The notes under the pieces: generated by a model
What the model was told of the DNA's origin: nothing
The model's input: the letters and a program-made list of their open reading frames with translations, nothing else
Databases searched by the model: none
Position numbers and translations under genes: made by a program
Assembly (NCBI GenBank): GCA_038087875.1
Contig: CM075991.1
Location: 7,876,001 to 7,940,000 of the forward strand
Direction of reading: 5' to 3'
DNA: 64,000 nucleotides
From: Malacoraja senta
Taxonomy: Eukaryota
In this document: piece after piece, positions 60,666-64,000 of the stretch
How the letters are laid out: each line of letters begins with the position of its first letter
Numbering within the stretch: the stretch's first letter is position 1

Positions 60666-61644
60666 TTAACTCTTTTGCCACTGACGTCATAGAGTTATAC
60701 AGTACGGAAACAGGCCCTTCAGCCCAACTTGCCCATGCTGAACAAAATGTCCCATCGACACCCTTCAGCCATGTCTCCTTGGATCCCATGCGATCTAAAC
60801 TTCTAGAGCAGCCTACCATGCGGAACCTTGCCGAATGCTTTGCTGAGGCCCATACTGATGTTTTGCTGACGGGTCGACTAGAGTCAGGGGAAAGGGAAAC
60901 GATAGATATAGATGATGATGTAGAGAGATATAGAACAAATGAATGAAAGATATGCAAAAAAGTAACGATGACAAAGGATACAGGCCATTGTTAGCTGTTT
61001 GCTAGGTGTGCAGAAGCTGTGGTACATTGTTCATCACTTTCTTCATCACCATCGAATAAAATTGACTTTGACTTTGACTGTGATCTTGTTTCTGTGCTGT
61101 GTTGCTGCTAAAGGAAGCTCTTGGTCCACTTTCACGATCGCCATGCATGTGTCTGACATCTATCATTACAGCTGCATGCTTTTGTCAAATTGCACAAATC
61201 TCCCGTTCTCCTCCTCAAAGATTTCCGTTAGGACCTGTTCAGTGAGCTGTGTGATCGCAACAGATGTCTTTCTGTACCCATTGTGTACGTGGTGCGGTTT
61301 ACGGGCGATATGTGGGTGTAGGCGGCTGGGATGGTGCAGATAAGCGGTGTGTCCTCTCGACCAGCCATCCCACCCATCCCCTTTGAAGAGTGATTTGCGG
61401 CAATGTGTTTTGCCCGTAGATAATAAATGCAATGGCCGTTGCCAAGAACGCGTGCCCATGTACAAGATTTTGAGGCAGTGATTGCAAACCAATTTGAAAA
61501 GCCTTGTTCATGGAGTGAGTGTTCCTTTGAGATATGGCCATGGATGTTGTGTTCCACGTACTCTCCACAGCCCTTACTGACAGGGGAAGGCACCCAGGAT
61601 AAGGAACTCATGTGTAAACGCCAGATCCTGTTGACAACGTTTGC

Positions 61645-61865
61645 TCATCCCCACACATTAATACTATCCTACGCGAGGGACAATTTTTACATTCACACCC
61701 AGTCAATTAACCTACAAACCAGTACGTCTTCGGAGTGTGGGGGGAAACCAAAGTCCTCAGAGAAAACCCATGCAGGTCACGGGGAGAACGTAGACAAACA
61801 CCAGTAGCCAGGATCAAACCCGGGTCTCTGGCACTAGAAGCGTTGTAAAGGGTCTGTCCCAATTT
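61645..61865 (-). mobile_element. SINE truncated at a solo MITE TIR
   Basis: cgttg-TAA-agggtctgtccca. Confidence 0.65.
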
Positions 61866-62319
61866 TGTGCCAGTTGACTTATCCTTGCTGAAGATTCAGA
61901 ATATGCTGAATGAGATTTAACGTTGTTTTGATGTTTAATTGAGCACAGTTCTCTCTCTTGTCGCATAAAGTGGATTATTAGATTTTATTAAAATTAATTA
62001 ATCATTTATTGCATTTCATTTCATGTTTGGTGACCCAGGGTGATTTAATGAATATGTTCCATTGCGTTTATTATTCCAAGGTTTGGGATTATTAAATCAT
62101 GCTTCTCAGTGTAGAATTTGTAAATGTCAGACTTACACACTTTTTTAATGGGAAAAATATATATCTTGTTTATTCGGCTAACTCGGGCACTTGGGCTGAA
62201 GCTCCAACTAAGGCAGTAAACCTCCTGCAAGCAATGATTCTGTAGAGATGGCCACTAACGCCCTGGATCCCCTGGGGCAGGGGATTGATTGCTGCTTCAG
62301 TGACAACCCTGTTGCTGAT

Positions 62320-63270
62320 ATTGACCCATATACCTCAGGATCAGTGTAAATCCTGGCAGTCACACAGGCCTCGGGATCTGTAAATACTGAAACACTGACC
62401 AAGAGATTGGTGCAAATATTGGCCCGCACAGGTGTCATTGGTTATGGGGGTAGAAGGCAGGAGTACGGGGTTCGGAGGGATAGATCGATCAGCCATGATT
62501 GAATGGCGGAGTAGACTTGATGGGCCGAATGGCCTGCCTCTGCTCCCATCCCTAATGACCGTATGACACGACAAGAGGTCAAGAGATAATGCAAATATTC
62601 TCACACACACACGCACGCACACACACACACGCACACGCACACAATGTTGGGATCATGGAAATATTGACACACGGCCCAAGAGATCAATGTAAATATTCAC
62701 ACAAACACGCACGCACACACATGCACGCACACACACACAGGCTTAGGGAAATTTTGCGCACACATTGAGATTATTGCAAATATTGGCGCACACACCACAG
62801 GTGGTGATTATTGACACGCATTCCTTTGGATCCGTGCAAATATTAACAAATTCGCATTGGGATCCATGCCAATATTGACACTCAGCTATGGATCAATGCA
62901 AATATTGACACACGCATACCTATGGATCAGAGCAACTATTGACCTAGTGATCAGTAAAAAAATATACGCAAATAGACTTCGAGATCAGTACAAATACTGA
63001 CACACTCGCCAAGGGATCAGTGTACATATTGACACACGCATACCTCGGGCTCAGAGCAAATACTGACACACTCACCTAGGGATCAGTACATGTATTAATG
63101 CACTCGTATAGGGATCAGTGCAAGTATTGACACACTTAGCTAGAGGTTGATGCATATATTGACACATGCATACCTAGGGATTAGTGTAAAATATTGATAC
63201 ACACGGGCAAATAGTGACACACTTAGCTCGGAGTCAGTACCAATATCGACACACTCATCTGGGGATCAGC
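62320..63270. repeat. degenerate minisatellite, ~35-bp unit gggatcagtgcaaatattgacacac.., with a CR1 tail inserted (62428-62565)
   Basis: recurring gatcagtg / aaatattgacac. Confidence 0.8.
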
Positions 63271-63279
63271 ACATATGTA

Positions 63280-63505
63280 TGTGGGGAGTTTGTACATTCT
63301 CCCTGTGACCACGTGGGTTTCCTCCAGGCGTACCAGTTTCTTCCCACAGCCCAAAGATGTGTGGGTGTGTAGTTTAATTGGCCTCTGCAAATTGCCCCCA
63401 GTGTGTAGGATGCAAAAGAGGGGCTAGTGTGCGGGTGATCAATAGTCGGAGTGGACCTGGTGGGCCGAAAGGTCCATACAGTGTTTCCATGCTGGATGTC
63501 TAAAC
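63280..63505 (+). mobile_element. diverged 5'-truncated SINE
   Basis: ggagtttgtacattctccctgtgacc...gtgggccgaaa. Confidence 0.7.
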
Positions 63506-63539
63506 GAAGAAAAATATTAAATTGGGTTTTAGTGATATT

Positions 63540-63745
63540 GATTGAAAGATAAATAAGGGCCAGGACACTATATGGAGATTCCTTGCTGCTCCATGCAGTA
63601 GTTCTTCCAGATGACTGAGCAGAGGCTTAGTTCGGAATCGCATCCAAAATGTTATTAAAAGGGCTTGACTCCTCCGCGTTAAAACCTCTCGAGTGGGACT
63701 TGAACCGTAAACCTGAGGACTTACAATCGAGCTCGACCCAGCGAG
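63540..63745 (-). mobile_element. DeuSINE (SacSINE-like) remnant
   Basis: gataaataagggccaggacac...gagtgggacttgaacc (B-box on minus strand). Confidence 0.5.
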
Positions 63746-64000
63746 TCGGGGCTGTGGAAAATTGATGTGATCCAGTGCCAGGTCTTCAGGGCTGCTCCTG
63801 CAATGGTGCATGCACAGACTCCGTGGATTAACCTAACCCGGCCACCTGTGTGAGGGATTAAGGAATTCCTGGACCCGGATCCTGAATCTGGGGGGATACT
63901 GGATATGTAGAGGGGGATTTACGTTTTAATGCAAGGTTGGTAGTCACTGATATCAATGCCTGATTTTTACATGACGTAAGCAAATGAATTAATACCTACT

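Noticed and set aside
62320..63270. CRISPR-like ~35-bp periodic array
   Set aside because: Whole units are degenerate copies with no unique spacers; eukaryotic context and no cas genes.

Overview
Eukaryotic, repeat-dense, essentially non-coding DNA. The repeat complement (HE1/V-SINE-like tRNA SINEs, HER1/CR1 LINE tails, Penelope-like fragments, DeuSINE remnants) points to a cartilaginous fish, probably a skate or ray (inference), in intronic or intergenic sequence. No intact protein-coding gene is visible. The ORF track is mostly noise from repeats, apart from decayed CR1 RT, Penelope GIY-YIG, Rex1/Babar, Tx1 and L1 fragments, plus one or two candidate isolated minus-strand exons. The main observation is a ~135-150-bp retroposed family (4 copies, TSDs, (AAG)n tail, no Pol III boxes seen). 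Its first 54 nt fold by eye into a minimal CPEB3/HDV-like self-cleaving ribozyme, and the predicted cleavage site is exactly the element's 5' end. A longer RTE-type element carries the same fold with compensatory changes, and many Penelope-derived units carry a minimal hammerhead core. There are also Harbinger-like MITEs with one shared TIR and recurrent target sites, a foldback MITE palindrome, nested insertions and local duplications. Repeat boundaries are approximate unless a TSD is quoted, and family names come from motif recognition, not database searches.
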